From Acidobacteriota bacterium (GTDB lineage Bacteria; Acidobacteriota; UBA6911): 64,000 nucleotides of DNA. The translations under genes and the position numbers were made by a program. The stretch is taken from NCBI GenBank assembly GCA_963664705.1, contig OY761556.1:2752001-2816000 (forward strand), in the 5' to 3' direction. Shown here piece after piece: positions 1-9,743 of the stretch. Positions within the stretch are counted from its first letter, which is position 1. Every line of letters begins with the position of its first letter. Below the pieces are notes generated by a model, which was not told the DNA's origin, did no database searches, and saw only the letters and a program-made list of their open reading frames with translations.

Positions 1-1548
1 CATTTGATATTTGGCCAATTGCGCCGCCTGCTCAGACGTTCCCGTATAGCCCATGCCCGCCATGGGAACGGCGGCCGCAAAAACGGACGGATCGCCGTTA
101 ACAGCCTTGAAGGTTGCAAAGCCGCCCATCGAATATCCAGTAACATAGACCCGCGAGGGGTCCAGCGCCGGATAGGCTTTCAGTATATGTCTCACAAATT
201 TTGGCAAGATATCGCACTCAATCCCTTCGACATATTTTGTCCCCTGCTGCGTCCAGAATATGTATTGATGTTCCGGCGCAATGACAGCAAAACGCTCGGA
301 CCCGGCGAGCGAGAGCAATCCTATTTCATCAACAAATGATCGAGGATCATCACCGCTGCCATGCATAGCAAGCACCAAGGGGATGGTTCCCGCGGGAGCG
401 GTCTTGGCCCAAACCTCTTCCGGAATATACTCAAACCAGGTTTGCAGGTATTCCCCATCTATCGTCTTGGTATCCTTAAATGTTTCTTCCGTCCGCCTTA
501 TTAAATGAATGCCATCCTTTGTGATGCCGTTTATAACTGCGTTCCTGGCGCAAAGTGAATAGGGCGCTTGATCCAAACCACTATTTTGATAAGGAGTGGA
601 CGCACTAAACAGGCCCGCCTTGAGAACCGGAACTCGCATGGCTTTGATGAACATATTGTAATAAGCATCCCGGATATACTTTCCTGAATCCACGTTCGCA
701 CTCCGGGCGATTGAGACCTTTTTGAGCGGCAGCGCCTGATTAAACCATGTTTCCACCCCACCGGATGTTGTCCATGCGTTTACATCATTGGCCTTTTTAT
801 ATTTCTCAATAATCGTATCCGCAGCGTTGACAAGGTACACAGGGACGAAAGCGGCGACCGGACGGATAGATTCCATTTTGCCATTGATGAGAAGCATGCC
901 GGCAATGCGGCCGACATAATCCATGGTTCCGGCAACGTAGTTGTTGAGGAATGTGGCGCCGCCATCAATGCCAATCGCATATGTGTAGCCAAATCCGCCA
1001 AAGTATTCGGCGTCCGAGTAATAGGTTACATTCTTTCCGCTCCTTTCATTGGCTTTTTGAGCGAATATTGCCGTCTGCAGAGCGTAATAGGCGTGTTGAT
1101 CCCTGACTGTAAATCCGGCTTTGGAATCGGACGGAGTAACAAGGATGATGCTACCAATCGCTTGATTAATAATATCGATTAGCCCGAAATCCCTGAGGAA
1201 TTTGAATGCCGCATCCTTATCCGTGAAAGCCTTGTCCGCAAAAACCAGGATATCGGTATTGAGCCTGGCGGCGGCTCTGCCGCCAAATAAATTGGGAGAC
1301 CGGTAGACGTAGGTAGTTCCTTGCGGATAACCATCCAGAACCGGGTGAGATTTGAAGGTCTTTCCCTGGTTGGTTTCCAGCTCCGCAACGGCCGCTGGTC
1401 CGGTTACGCGGGTTTCTTCCAAAGTCTCGAAGGTAGCAGGGTTTCGTTGGCAGCCGGAGTAGTCCAGCGCAAACGCACTGAAGGCAAAAGCCATGTTCAA
1501 CATGAACAATAGGACAATCATCGGATTGATTCTTCTTGTTTCATTCAT
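1..1548 (-). CDS. Secreted alpha/beta-hydrolase (PHB-depolymerase/esterase-like), 3' end runs off the window
   Basis: Missing from the ORF track because it has no stop in the window. Manual translation from ATG 1548 is open to base 1 (516 codons): signal peptide MNETRRINPMIVLLFMLNMAFAFSAFA, PLVLAMHGSGDD, and DPSRVYVTGYSMGG nucleophile elbow. Confidence 0.85.
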   Translation of the reverse strand, partial: MNETRRINPMIVLLFMLNMAFAFSAFALDYSGCQRNPATFETLEETRVTGPAAVAELETNQGKTFKSHPVLDGYPQGTTYVYRSPNLFGGRAAARLNTDILVFADKAFTDKDAAFKFLRDFGLIDIINQAIGSIILVTPSDSKAGFTVRDQHAYYALQTAIFAQKANERSGKNVTYYSDAEYFGGFGYTYAIGIDGGATFLNNYVAGTMDYVGRIAGMLLINGKMESIRPVAAFVPVYLVNAADTIIEKYKKANDVNAWTTSGGVETWFNQALPLKKVSIARSANVDSGKYIRDAYYNMFIKAMRVPVLKAGLFSASTPYQNSGLDQAPYSLCARNAVINGITKDGIHLIRRTEETFKDTKTIDGEYLQTWFEYIPEEVWAKTAPAGTIPLVLAMHGSGDDPRSFVDEIGLLSLAGSERFAVIAPEHQYIFWTQQGTKYVEGIECDILPKFVRHILKAYPALDPSRVYVTGYSMGGFATFKAVNGDPSVFAAAVPMAGMGYTGTSEQAAQLAKYQM

Positions 1549-1589
1549 CGGACATTCCAACCCCACAGAACTCGCGTTTACTTATTCAA

Positions 1590-1892
1590 CTAAACCGTAT
1601 CGCGCATAATCTTGCCGGTTGATTTGTCTTTCCAGGAACCCCGTTGCTGCAGCGGCCAGTTGAATGAAATGGCTCCGGGAAATCTGCAATCCATGGCACA
1701 GCAGCCGCAGTACCAGCATTCATCGGGATGCAAAACGATTGGAGGATTGCCCTTTTCGGGATTGGGAATAAAGACATCCACCTGGCAGACATTGACGCAG
1801 GTATTGCATCCGGTACAGAATTCGGGATTGAAAATTACCGGCGAATTCGGTGTTGTGATATTTGGCAAAGCGCTAATTTTGACTTGAGCCAT
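1590..1892 (-). CDS. 2x[4Fe-4S] ferredoxin, AprB-like beta subunit
   Basis: CTGCNTCVNVC and ECWYCGCCAMDC motifs; starts 1 nt downstream of the flavoprotein stop. Confidence 0.85.
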   Translation of the reverse strand: MAQVKISALPNITTPNSPVIFNPEFCTGCNTCVNVCQVDVFIPNPEKGNPPIVLHPDECWYCGCCAMDCRFPGAISFNWPLQQRGSWKDKSTGKIMRDTV

Positions 1893-1893
1893 C

Positions 1894-3825
1894 CTATTTC
1901 CCCTTATAGACTCCGGTGTAATTTTTATTGTGAGCTTCGTAATTGGCCTTCATATCGCCCCAGAACCCCAGGGGCAATTCACCGGATACGACCGCGTCAT
2001 TTACCAGTTTTATGGTTAGATATTTGTTCCATTCCGGCGGATCCGTTTCCGGATGGTCTATTCGATGGAAATTAAGAGGCACGCTGCTGGCCTTCCGTGC
2101 AAGAGAAGCATGTAAGACAATCTGCGCGTGCGTCAACATGCTTAGATCCTCAATGCTCCGCATTAACTTATGCGGATCCAGCGCATACAATCTGGGGACA
2201 AACGTTTCCTCGATTTCCTTTAGTGTGTCCAATCCCAGTCGGAGCAGGCTTTCGGTTTTGAATTCGCTGCAGTAATACTGCATGGTTCTGGCGATTCCAG
2301 CATTGAGTTCCTTCCACTCCATGCCACTCGTACGCTTAACGGGAGCATAAATGCGCATTTTTTCCGCAGTGATTTGATCCTTGGACGGCTGCAGTAGATC
2401 CACCTGCCCGGAATAGTCCGCCGCCTTGCGTCCCGCGTACCTGCCGGTGGAAGCGGCAAAGCTGTGATCGCCGGGCGAAAAAAGCTGTTCTCCTGCAACA
2501 TAAAGACCATCGAGGGTCGACTTGAGGTTCCAATCCACGACTGGGCCGCCGCCTCTCGCGGTGCGCCACTGGGAATGGGTTTCCCCCTCAATGAAAGCAT
2601 AGCTTTGGAGCAGATGCCTTTGAGGGTCGAAGCCGGCCCGTTCGTAGGTGCCGGTGATGATTTTCGTTGTGGATTCTTCTCCCAGCATGAGATTCCATGT
2701 GGCTTTGCGTTCGGCATCGGACATAGCCGGGAAATCGCCATAGAATGGAAGAGCCCATTCACCCTTAAAAATTCCTTTGCGGATAGATTCGCGCATGTCC
2801 GGCGAGGGCATCATAGCCCCGCCGTCCTGCCATCCTTGAGTAGGCCAGGGCAGTTTCTTGCCGTTGGCATCGACAAGCTGCATATTTTCATAGCTGGCAT
2901 CCCCTGCCCCGCCATACCAATTGTGCTTATATCCGGTGCCCAGCATTAACGGAATCGTATATTCCATCGACACAAGTTCTGCGCCGGCTTTCCATGCCAT
3001 TGCCACCCCATCTCCCGTGGCACACCGTGAGCGGAATTGTCTGCAGCCGGCATGTTCCGTATTCAACATCCACATGTAGTAATCACCGGCCATTGAGAGC
3101 ACTGTCGCCTTCGATCTGAAAATCATGAAAGCTCCGGTGCGGTTGTTAAACCCTGTTGCCCCGATTACTCGCGCCCCCCGAACCCCTCCTTCGGTCAAAA
3201 GGCTGGTGGCCATCACCCGGTCGAAGATCCGAACACCCAACCGCTGACATTCCTTTTTCAAAGCGGGTTTGAAGGTTGTTCCCCAGACACGTAAAACAAC
3301 CTCGGTTTGATGATCCGGACTGGTGCGGGGAGAAAACATGAACTTGGTGTCATCATACCGGCCCTTGACTCCAATATATTCATCATGGATATCGCGGATT
3401 TGCCCGCCCATCTGCTCCAATTCGAGAAGCGTATCGTAATTTTCCCGGCAAGTAATCTGAGAGCCGATGCCGTTTCCGTAGGACAGCTTGGGAGCGCCTT
3501 TCGGAAGCGCCGTTAATGCACCCGGATTTTGCGCCATTACCTTGGCCCACTCATCAGGATCTACTTTGGAGTGTGGATTTGCAGGACATTGACACCAATG
3601 ATCGCAACCTGGCCCACCGGCGCCGCTTCTGACGGTGTCGCCTTTCTCCACCAGCGCAACACGAATTCCCTTCCTGGCAGCACTTATTGCAGCCCAGCAG
3701 CCGGCAATGCCTCCGCCCAGAATCAGAACATCTGTATCAATCTCATGCTCCTCTTCGTAATCCACGGTGTAGGGCCAAGCCGGCGGATTGCCCTGTTTGA
3801 GATAATAATCGTGCCATTTTGTCAT
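1894..3825 (-). CDS. FAD-dependent oxidoreductase, AprA/succinate dehydrogenase-fumarate reductase flavoprotein family
   Basis: DVLILGGGIAG Rossmann motif, RSGA, TGDGVAMAWKAGA, GLYVAGE, C-terminal helical domain with ARKASS...HR.D.P; RBS GGAGG upstream. Confidence 0.85.
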   Translation of the reverse strand: MTKWHDYYLKQGNPPAWPYTVDYEEEHEIDTDVLILGGGIAGCWAAISAARKGIRVALVEKGDTVRSGAGGPGCDHWCQCPANPHSKVDPDEWAKVMAQNPGALTALPKGAPKLSYGNGIGSQITCRENYDTLLELEQMGGQIRDIHDEYIGVKGRYDDTKFMFSPRTSPDHQTEVVLRVWGTTFKPALKKECQRLGVRIFDRVMATSLLTEGGVRGARVIGATGFNNRTGAFMIFRSKATVLSMAGDYYMWMLNTEHAGCRQFRSRCATGDGVAMAWKAGAELVSMEYTIPLMLGTGYKHNWYGGAGDASYENMQLVDANGKKLPWPTQGWQDGGAMMPSPDMRESIRKGIFKGEWALPFYGDFPAMSDAERKATWNLMLGEESTTKIITGTYERAGFDPQRHLLQSYAFIEGETHSQWRTARGGGPVVDWNLKSTLDGLYVAGEQLFSPGDHSFAASTGRYAGRKAADYSGQVDLLQPSKDQITAEKMRIYAPVKRTSGMEWKELNAGIARTMQYYCSEFKTESLLRLGLDTLKEIEETFVPRLYALDPHKLMRSIEDLSMLTHAQIVLHASLARKASSVPLNFHRIDHPETDPPEWNKYLTIKLVNDAVVSGELPLGFWGDMKANYEAHNKNYTGVYKGK

Positions 3826-4143
3826 GAAGTTCCTCCGGGGGAATTGGCGAAGGCTTTGGAGTGCACGAGCTAGTTTGGCGCATGTTCAAGCGGCAGCCAG
3901 CTGTCCTGCTCCATATTGCCTTCGGTGAAGAATGATCGCTTGTTGCTTGGCTGGAATCCGCACTCCTAATCGACACCAGGCAAAGTACCCATCGAGCGCT
4001 TTCAGCCCGCTCATTCACAAGTAACTCATTTTCGAGCTCCCGAATGAGTGGTACTGAGGGCAGTCCTTCCTGTGCTGCAAAATAACGTAAGCTTTACAGG
4101 CCAACCCTTACTATCGGCGCTGCTCGTGGCTTGTCAAGCATAT

Positions 4144-4161
4144 TGTCACCAATATGTGACA
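4144..4161. promoter_or_regulatory. Palindromic operator candidate TGTCAC-N6-GTGACA
   Basis: Perfect 6-bp dyad in the divergent intergenic region; near-identical dyad at 11413-11430. Confidence 0.4.
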
Positions 4162-4312
4162 TATATTGTGTTAGGGTGGTGCTTCACACGCGCCATCGAT
4201 GCACCGGCATCCGATGATATCCGGGAATTTGAGAACACGTTCTGGCGAGTGCGACTGACCCGAAATTGAGTCATATGTATAATATTCAAAACAAAGCAGC
4301 AAAGGATGTGAA

Positions 4313-5404
4313 ATGAATATCCGGAAATTTGACCCGACGGAACTTGAAATTGTAGGAACTCTCGAGACATTCGCGTGCAAAATTTTTGGGTTGCCGGCAT
4401 CACCCATCTACAGGTTTCCGGTTTCAATGAAGGAAGCTGTAAAAGCTTTGTACCGGCGCAAACCGATCTGGCAAATCTCAGATATCGAAACCATGATGTT
4501 CGCACCCCGCATTTATCCGGACAATGTAGCCAGGGCCCTGGTCTCCGAAGCAGATGCCATGCCTCCGGAAGAGGGCGGCGGCCCCGACATTTTCGGAATT
4601 GAGTGGGAATATATCCCCGTTGCCGGCGGATCGATGGTGCGTCCCGGCAAACCGCTTCTCGGAGATGCCAATGAATGGAAGGATAAAATCGTCTGGCCCG
4701 ATATCGACCGCTGGGATTGGGAAGGCAGTGCGAGGAAAAATGCCGCATTCCTGAACAATGACAGATATAACACGTGCTGGATTCAAAACGGGTGGTTCGA
4801 GCGTCTAATCACTTTCATGGATTTTGAGGGCGCGATTCTTGCAATCGTTGATGAGGAACAAAAAGAAGCGGTCCGGGAGCTTTTCGATAAACTGTCCGAT
4901 CTGTATATACGGTTGGCAGACAAGTTTCTCCTGCATTTCCCCGGTATCGACGGTTTTTTAATCCATGACGACTGGGGCTCCCAAAAGGAGACATTCTTCT
5001 CGCCGTCGGTCGTTGAGGAAATGATCGTTCCTCATATGAAAAGAGTTACGGACTTCATACATTCAAAGGGCAGGTTTTGCGAATTGCACAGCTGCGGGCA
5101 AATCATGAAACAGGTCCCGAACATGATTAAAGCCGGTTGGGATTGCTGGGCCGGTCAACCTATGAATGATTTTGGGAAAATATACGAACTTTATGGCAAT
5201 CAAATTACTCTTGCAATCACCCCCGAACTATTCGATGCGAAAGCAACTTCCGAACAGGAGCAGCGAGTCCTGGCCAGAGAATATGCTAACGCGTTCTGCA
5301 ATCCGGACAAGCCGACTTACATGAGCATCGCGGCGGCGTCGGTTCTGACTCCCGCGTATCGCGAGGAGCTGTACAGGCAGTCCAGACTCAATTACGGCCG
5401 GTAA
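4313..5404 (+). CDS. Uroporphyrinogen decarboxylase-family protein (methylcobamide/corrinoid methyltransferase-like)
   Basis: DIFGIEW, GWFERL, HDDWGSQ and LHSCG zinc motif, typical of URO-D/MtaA-like TIM barrels. Confidence 0.8.
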   Translation: MNIRKFDPTELEIVGTLETFACKIFGLPASPIYRFPVSMKEAVKALYRRKPIWQISDIETMMFAPRIYPDNVARALVSEADAMPPEEGGGPDIFGIEWEYIPVAGGSMVRPGKPLLGDANEWKDKIVWPDIDRWDWEGSARKNAAFLNNDRYNTCWIQNGWFERLITFMDFEGAILAIVDEEQKEAVRELFDKLSDLYIRLADKFLLHFPGIDGFLIHDDWGSQKETFFSPSVVEEMIVPHMKRVTDFIHSKGRFCELHSCGQIMKQVPNMIKAGWDCWAGQPMNDFGKIYELYGNQITLAITPELFDAKATSEQEQRVLAREYANAFCNPDKPTYMSIAAASVLTPAYREELYRQSRLNYGR

Positions 5405-5478
5405 AGATATCTGTGCGAGCACAGATTTTCGGCTGTGTAATCTCGGACAATGAGGAGAATCTGATCAGGAGTCCTGCA

Positions 5479-6444
5479 ATGAAACTAATTTGGAAGACAA
5501 TAGCAAAGATCGGACTGCCAGCTTCCTTGTGTCTGGTGCTAAATCTGGCACCGGCACAGGATGGCGGAGCTGCGCAATCCGCCCCCAACGCCGGCCCAAG
5601 TACCACAGCGGGCCAGCAACGACGCATCGGGATGGATCCGGTTGACGATCGCGTGCAATTGCGCGAGTATCACTTCAAGGATACGGACGAAACTCTTCCC
5701 TACGCTGTATTTGTATCTACGAAAATCACCAAGGACAGAAAAGCCCCCCTGGTCCTGGCGCTGCATGGCTTCAGCGGAAACCATGGCACCTTTATGCGCA
5801 CCCAGTGCGTGGATGAAGCGGAAAAGAACGGATACATTCTCGTCGGCGCCATGGGCTATAGCCCGAGCGGCTCGTTCGGTATGCCAATGGGTAGTCGCGG
5901 CGGCCCCGGCAGCAGGGGCGGGCCGCCGGGACGCGCAGGCGCACCGGGCCAAGCAGATGGACCACCCGCACGAGGCATGTTTATGGGGATGAGAGGCGGA
6001 CCAGGCGGAACCAAAGAGACCGACCCGGCCAAGGTGACAGAACTCAGTGAGAAGGATGCGATGTATGTTCTGGAAATGGCCCGCAAGGAATTCAACGTTG
6101 ATGACAACCGCATTTATCTGATGGGGCATTCACTGGGCGGCGGCGGCGCGCTGCATATGGGAGAGAAATACTCAACAATTTGGGCTGCGGTTGCCGGATT
6201 GGCTCCCGCCGCCTTCGGCTTCCAGTGGAGTGCGGATCAGAAGCTGAAGAACGTTCCGCTGTTGATCATTGTGGGCGACAAAGACACCCTGGTTACCGGA
6301 TCGCAACAACTGGCCGATCAGCTCAAAGGAATGAGCTTTCGGGTCGAATACCAATCGCTTCCCGGACTGGATCACGGCGGAATCATTGGCGGCAGCATGC
6401 CGGACGTGTTCAAATTCTTCAACGAACACGCCAGATCGAAATAG
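5479..6444 (+). CDS. Secreted alpha/beta-hydrolase (esterase/phospholipase-like)
   Basis: RBS AGGAG then ATG 5479; signal peptide; PLVLALHG, RIYLMGHSLGG, GDKD, GLDH triad; Gly/Pro-rich insertion. Confidence 0.85.
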   Translation: MKLIWKTIAKIGLPASLCLVLNLAPAQDGGAAQSAPNAGPSTTAGQQRRIGMDPVDDRVQLREYHFKDTDETLPYAVFVSTKITKDRKAPLVLALHGFSGNHGTFMRTQCVDEAEKNGYILVGAMGYSPSGSFGMPMGSRGGPGSRGGPPGRAGAPGQADGPPARGMFMGMRGGPGGTKETDPAKVTELSEKDAMYVLEMARKEFNVDDNRIYLMGHSLGGGGALHMGEKYSTIWAAVAGLAPAAFGFQWSADQKLKNVPLLIIVGDKDTLVTGSQQLADQLKGMSFRVEYQSLPGLDHGGIIGGSMPDVFKFFNEHARSK

Positions 6445-6453
6445 CGAGCAAAC

Positions 6454-6489
6454 ACCGATGCCTGCGCAGGCGCCTGCACAGGCATCGGT
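6454..6489. repeat. 36-nt near-perfect palindrome (hairpin)
   Basis: accgatgcctgcgcaggcgcctgcacaggcatcggt is self-complementary with one mismatch; lies between two co-oriented hydrolase genes. Confidence 0.6.
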
Positions 6490-6543
6490 CGCAAAGAGGA
6501 CATACGGTCCTGAATCGGCAGCACGTTCTACGTGGAGTTACCT

Positions 6544-7362
6544 ATGAATTATCATGAGGGCCAGGTCATAATCGATGGGGTCAGAATCCACTATTATCGT
6601 TCCGGCGGGAAGAAGCAAGCCATTGTGCTGCTGCACGGCGCTACAGACAACGGCCTGTGCTGGGGACGCACGGCGCAGGAGCTTGCAGAACGATATGATG
6701 TCATCATGCCGGATGCGCAGGGACACGGGCTTTCCGATAGATTAGGCCCGGATTTTTGTTTCGAGCATCATACAAAGCAGGCCGCCGGCCTGATCAAAGA
6801 ACTGGATCTGCAAAATCCCATCATCATCGGTCACTCCATGGGCGCAGGAACAACGTGCAATATAGCAATGGAATATCCCTCGCTGCCTAAAGCAATCATC
6901 CTTGAAGACCCAGCCTGGGGATTGTTTCCGCCAAAACCTGAACATGCGGAAGAGGTCAGGAAAAATCACGAGGAAATACGGGCCTATCAGACAGAGGTGG
7001 CCGAGTTGCCGATAGAAGATATCAAAGCCAGATGCCGAAAGGATAACCCGTCCTGGCCGGAAGATGAAGTGATCACCTGGGCAAACTCTAGAAAAATGTG
7101 GGATAAAGCCCTGTTGGACCGAATTGGGGTTCCATCACGCCCCTATGAAGAGATCGTCGCCAAAATTTCGTGCCCCACTCTATTGGTCATCGCAGAAAAG
7201 GGCATTGTATCCAGAGAAACGGCAGAAAACGCGGCCAGGCTTTGGAAATCCCAGGCTCCGTTCCAATGGGTATATATCAAAGGAGCGGGACACAGTATAC
7301 GCCGGGAGCAATACGCCGCCTTCAAGGAGGCTCTCTATGGCTGGCTGGATACACTGAAGTAG
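6544..7362 (+). CDS. Alpha/beta-fold hydrolase
   Basis: LLHGATD, PDAQGHGLS, GHSMG, GAGH motifs; RBS GGAG before ATG 6544. Confidence 0.9.
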   Translation: MNYHEGQVIIDGVRIHYYRSGGKKQAIVLLHGATDNGLCWGRTAQELAERYDVIMPDAQGHGLSDRLGPDFCFEHHTKQAAGLIKELDLQNPIIIGHSMGAGTTCNIAMEYPSLPKAIILEDPAWGLFPPKPEHAEEVRKNHEEIRAYQTEVAELPIEDIKARCRKDNPSWPEDEVITWANSRKMWDKALLDRIGVPSRPYEEIVAKISCPTLLVIAEKGIVSRETAENAARLWKSQAPFQWVYIKGAGHSIRREQYAAFKEALYGWLDTLK

Positions 7363-7536
7363 CCTGCCCAAAGACATTGCCCTGCAAACCGGAGCAAAGA
7401 TGTATCGGCGGAATTCCCTGCCGTGGCTCCACAATCATCCCTGCCAGTTCCTAACCCGCGATCAAGACATGATTGTCTTGGCTGGAATCTCAAAACACCA
7501 ATCGCGCAGGAAAACTTTCAGTATTCCTCTAAATTT

Positions 7537-7562
7537 GTAAACCTTGTTTCGCAAAATTCGTC
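7537..7562 (+). promoter_or_regulatory. Candidate ECF sigma autoregulatory promoter GTAAAC-N16-CGTC
   Basis: AAC...CGTC with 16-nt spacer, about 35 nt upstream of the ECF sigma start. Confidence 0.5.
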
Positions 7563-7595
7563 CAATACAAATAGAAAGGACGAATTCGATCCTCA

Positions 7596-8159
7596 ATGAA
7601 CAGAACCAGAGCGGCCGCTGCCAGCGAAGATCCATGCCTTACCGGGCAAGATGATTTTGATCAAATTGTTATTCAAAATCAGAAACGGATTTTCCGGACG
7701 CTGCTATTTCTGGTGCGGGACTCGGATGCGGCTGAAAACCTGACTCAGGAGTGCTTCCTTCGGGCTTTCCGGACGCTGAACGAGTTCAGGGGTGAATCCG
7801 GGCTGACTACCTGGCTGGTTCGCATCGCCATTAACCTGGCACACGACCATAACAGGAGCAGGAGATGGGCATTCTGGCGCAGGCTTTCACACATGGATGC
7901 GATAGAAACCGCCAGTCTAATGGCTACCGGACGATCGCCCGAACAGGCAGTGATTGACGGCCAGTCATTGAATGCAGTCTGGACTGCAGTTGGCAAGCTT
8001 CCGGATCGGCAAAGGACTGTATTCCTGCTGCGCTTTGTTGAAGAGATGCCGCTGGAGGAGATCGGTGAGGTGATGGAACTCAGGCTTGGAACGGTTAAGA
8101 GTCATTTGCACCGAGCAATCGAGGCGGTTCGCGTTGCCTGCGCGCCGACAGCGGGTTGA
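7596..8159 (+). CDS. ECF RNA polymerase sigma factor
   Basis: Region 2 (AENLTQECFL, TWLVRIAINL) and region 4 (LPDRQRTVFLL, EEIGEVM...GTVKSHLHRA). Confidence 0.93.
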   Translation: MNRTRAAAASEDPCLTGQDDFDQIVIQNQKRIFRTLLFLVRDSDAAENLTQECFLRAFRTLNEFRGESGLTTWLVRIAINLAHDHNRSRRWAFWRRLSHMDAIETASLMATGRSPEQAVIDGQSLNAVWTAVGKLPDRQRTVFLLRFVEEMPLEEIGEVMELRLGTVKSHLHRAIEAVRVACAPTAG

Positions 8160-8270
8160 AAGCTCAATACCATGCATCTCTGGAGCAAGGAAATGAGAGA
8201 AAGCAAACAAAAAAAAAGGAATCTCCCTTTTCAAACCCCTGCGAAAATCGACCGGGAACGGAATTTTGGA

Positions 8271-8624
8271 ATGCCAGAAAATCAAATCGAAATTCTCAGG
8301 GAAGCGCTCCACCAATCAGCCCAAAGGCCGGATTTTTTCTGGAAACGGCAACGCAGCGAGATTATGGCGCGCTTGAAGGAACCGGTCCTCGTTCCCAAAA
8401 GACAACCGGCAAGCCTATGGGTCCCCGTGGCTCTGGGAGTGGTTCTTTGTATCTTCTTTTTCGTCCAAAGCAGCAAGGCGCCCACTCCGGATTTTGCTGC
8501 CGGATCGGATCAGGAGCTGCTGATCGGAATTGAGCGAGCTCTAAGCCGTGATTATCCGGAAGCCTTCGACCCGGCTGTGGTCCTCAATGCTGACAAGAAA
8601 AAAGAAAGACAATCTGGACAATAG
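8271..8624 (+). CDS. Putative single-pass membrane anti-sigma factor (start may be 8172)
   Basis: Directly downstream of the ECF; FFWKRQRSEI, one TM helix, SDQELL..IERAL periplasmic tail. Confidence 0.65.
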   Translation: MPENQIEILREALHQSAQRPDFFWKRQRSEIMARLKEPVLVPKRQPASLWVPVALGVVLCIFFFVQSSKAPTPDFAAGSDQELLIGIERALSRDYPEAFDPAVVLNADKKKERQSGQ

Positions 8625-8662
8625 CGACATTAAAACACCGGTAATACCAAACGGAGCTAGCC

Positions 8663-9433
8663 ATGAGTATGCGTTTTACATTCATTCAACTCTGTATTGT
8701 GTCTTCCCTGCTGATGGCGTCTTCTGCATTCGCTGCGGCTTTGACGCCGGCCCAACCGGAATTAGGAAAGTGGTGGAAAAATTCCGGGACGGTCAAGCAT
8801 TTGCAGCTTTCGGAATCTCAGGTGGATCAGATCGAACAGACATTTCTTCGCCACAGGCCCGCGCTGGCCAACCTTTTGGCAGATCTGCAAAAACGCGAGT
8901 TGGAGCTGAAAACGCTTCTGAAAGCGGATCCTCTCGATGAATCCAAAGTTATGTCTCAAACTGACATTGTTGCAGAATCACGAACTGCGCTTGAGAAGGC
9001 AAATTCCGCAATGATGCTGGACATTCGACGGAATCTCACCAAGGAACAGTGGCAAAAGCTGCAGGTCATGCATGATTTGCGGGAGTCCGGATCCACATTC
9101 CTTCCCCTCAACCCGGGAGAACCTCCACCAGGAGAAAGACTTTATCGCATCGGCGAACAAGGGGTCGCCGCGCCAAAGGCTGTTTATCGGCCTATGCCCC
9201 AATACACGCCGCAAGCGAGAGAAGCAAAGGTTCAGGGCACGTTGCTTATGCAGGGTATCATTCGCAAAAACGGACATGTTGATGGCCTGAAAGTGCTAAG
9301 ACCGCTCGGGTTTGGACTGGATGAGCGCGCGCTGGATACAGTCGGCAAGGAATGGAGGTTTGAGCCCGGAACGCTTCAAGGTCAGCCCGTGGATATTGAG
9401 GCAAACTTCGAAATCTCCTTCCGCCTGTTTTAA
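8663..9433 (+). CDS. Periplasmic Spy/CpxP-like protein fused to a TonB C-terminal domain
   Basis: Signal peptide; GKWWKN, LQLSESQ and LTKEQWQKL (LTxxQ); then PQYTPQAREAKVQG...GLDERAL...WRFEPG...VD (TonB_C). Confidence 0.8.
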   Translation: MSMRFTFIQLCIVSSLLMASSAFAAALTPAQPELGKWWKNSGTVKHLQLSESQVDQIEQTFLRHRPALANLLADLQKRELELKTLLKADPLDESKVMSQTDIVAESRTALEKANSAMMLDIRRNLTKEQWQKLQVMHDLRESGSTFLPLNPGEPPPGERLYRIGEQGVAAPKAVYRPMPQYTPQAREAKVQGTLLMQGIIRKNGHVDGLKVLRPLGFGLDERALDTVGKEWRFEPGTLQGQPVDIEANFEISFRLF

Positions 9434-9743
9434 ATATACTGTTTTGCAGCGGTCCGATGCCTTTGCAATCGGCCCGCTCCTTCCGCATGGGAATTCTGCC
9501 GGTTTGGATCCGCTTTGCCAAAAAACTGAAACCTAATCATTCTGGAAATTTGGATTTTGAAGTAGAATCGCCGGCAAGAGCGCTCGATCCCCAAGCAGAG
9601 CGGCCTGCGGTTGCATCAAAATAAAACACCTGGCATCAGGGCGCGGCTCAGCCTTTTGGCTTCCGGGATCCTGGATGCGTGGTCAGGCGCTCGAAGCGCA
9701 CTATTGATAAGCCCTCAGCATACTGAAACGGGAGAACCGGAAA

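Noticed and set aside
4-1512. Short ORFs listed in the first 1.5 kb
   Set aside because: They are shadows of the single long minus-strand esterase ORF 1548 to <1.
1590-3825. Calling these genes aprA/aprB (sulfate reduction)
   Set aside because: Only family-level similarity is visible, and there is no sat/qmo/dsr context.
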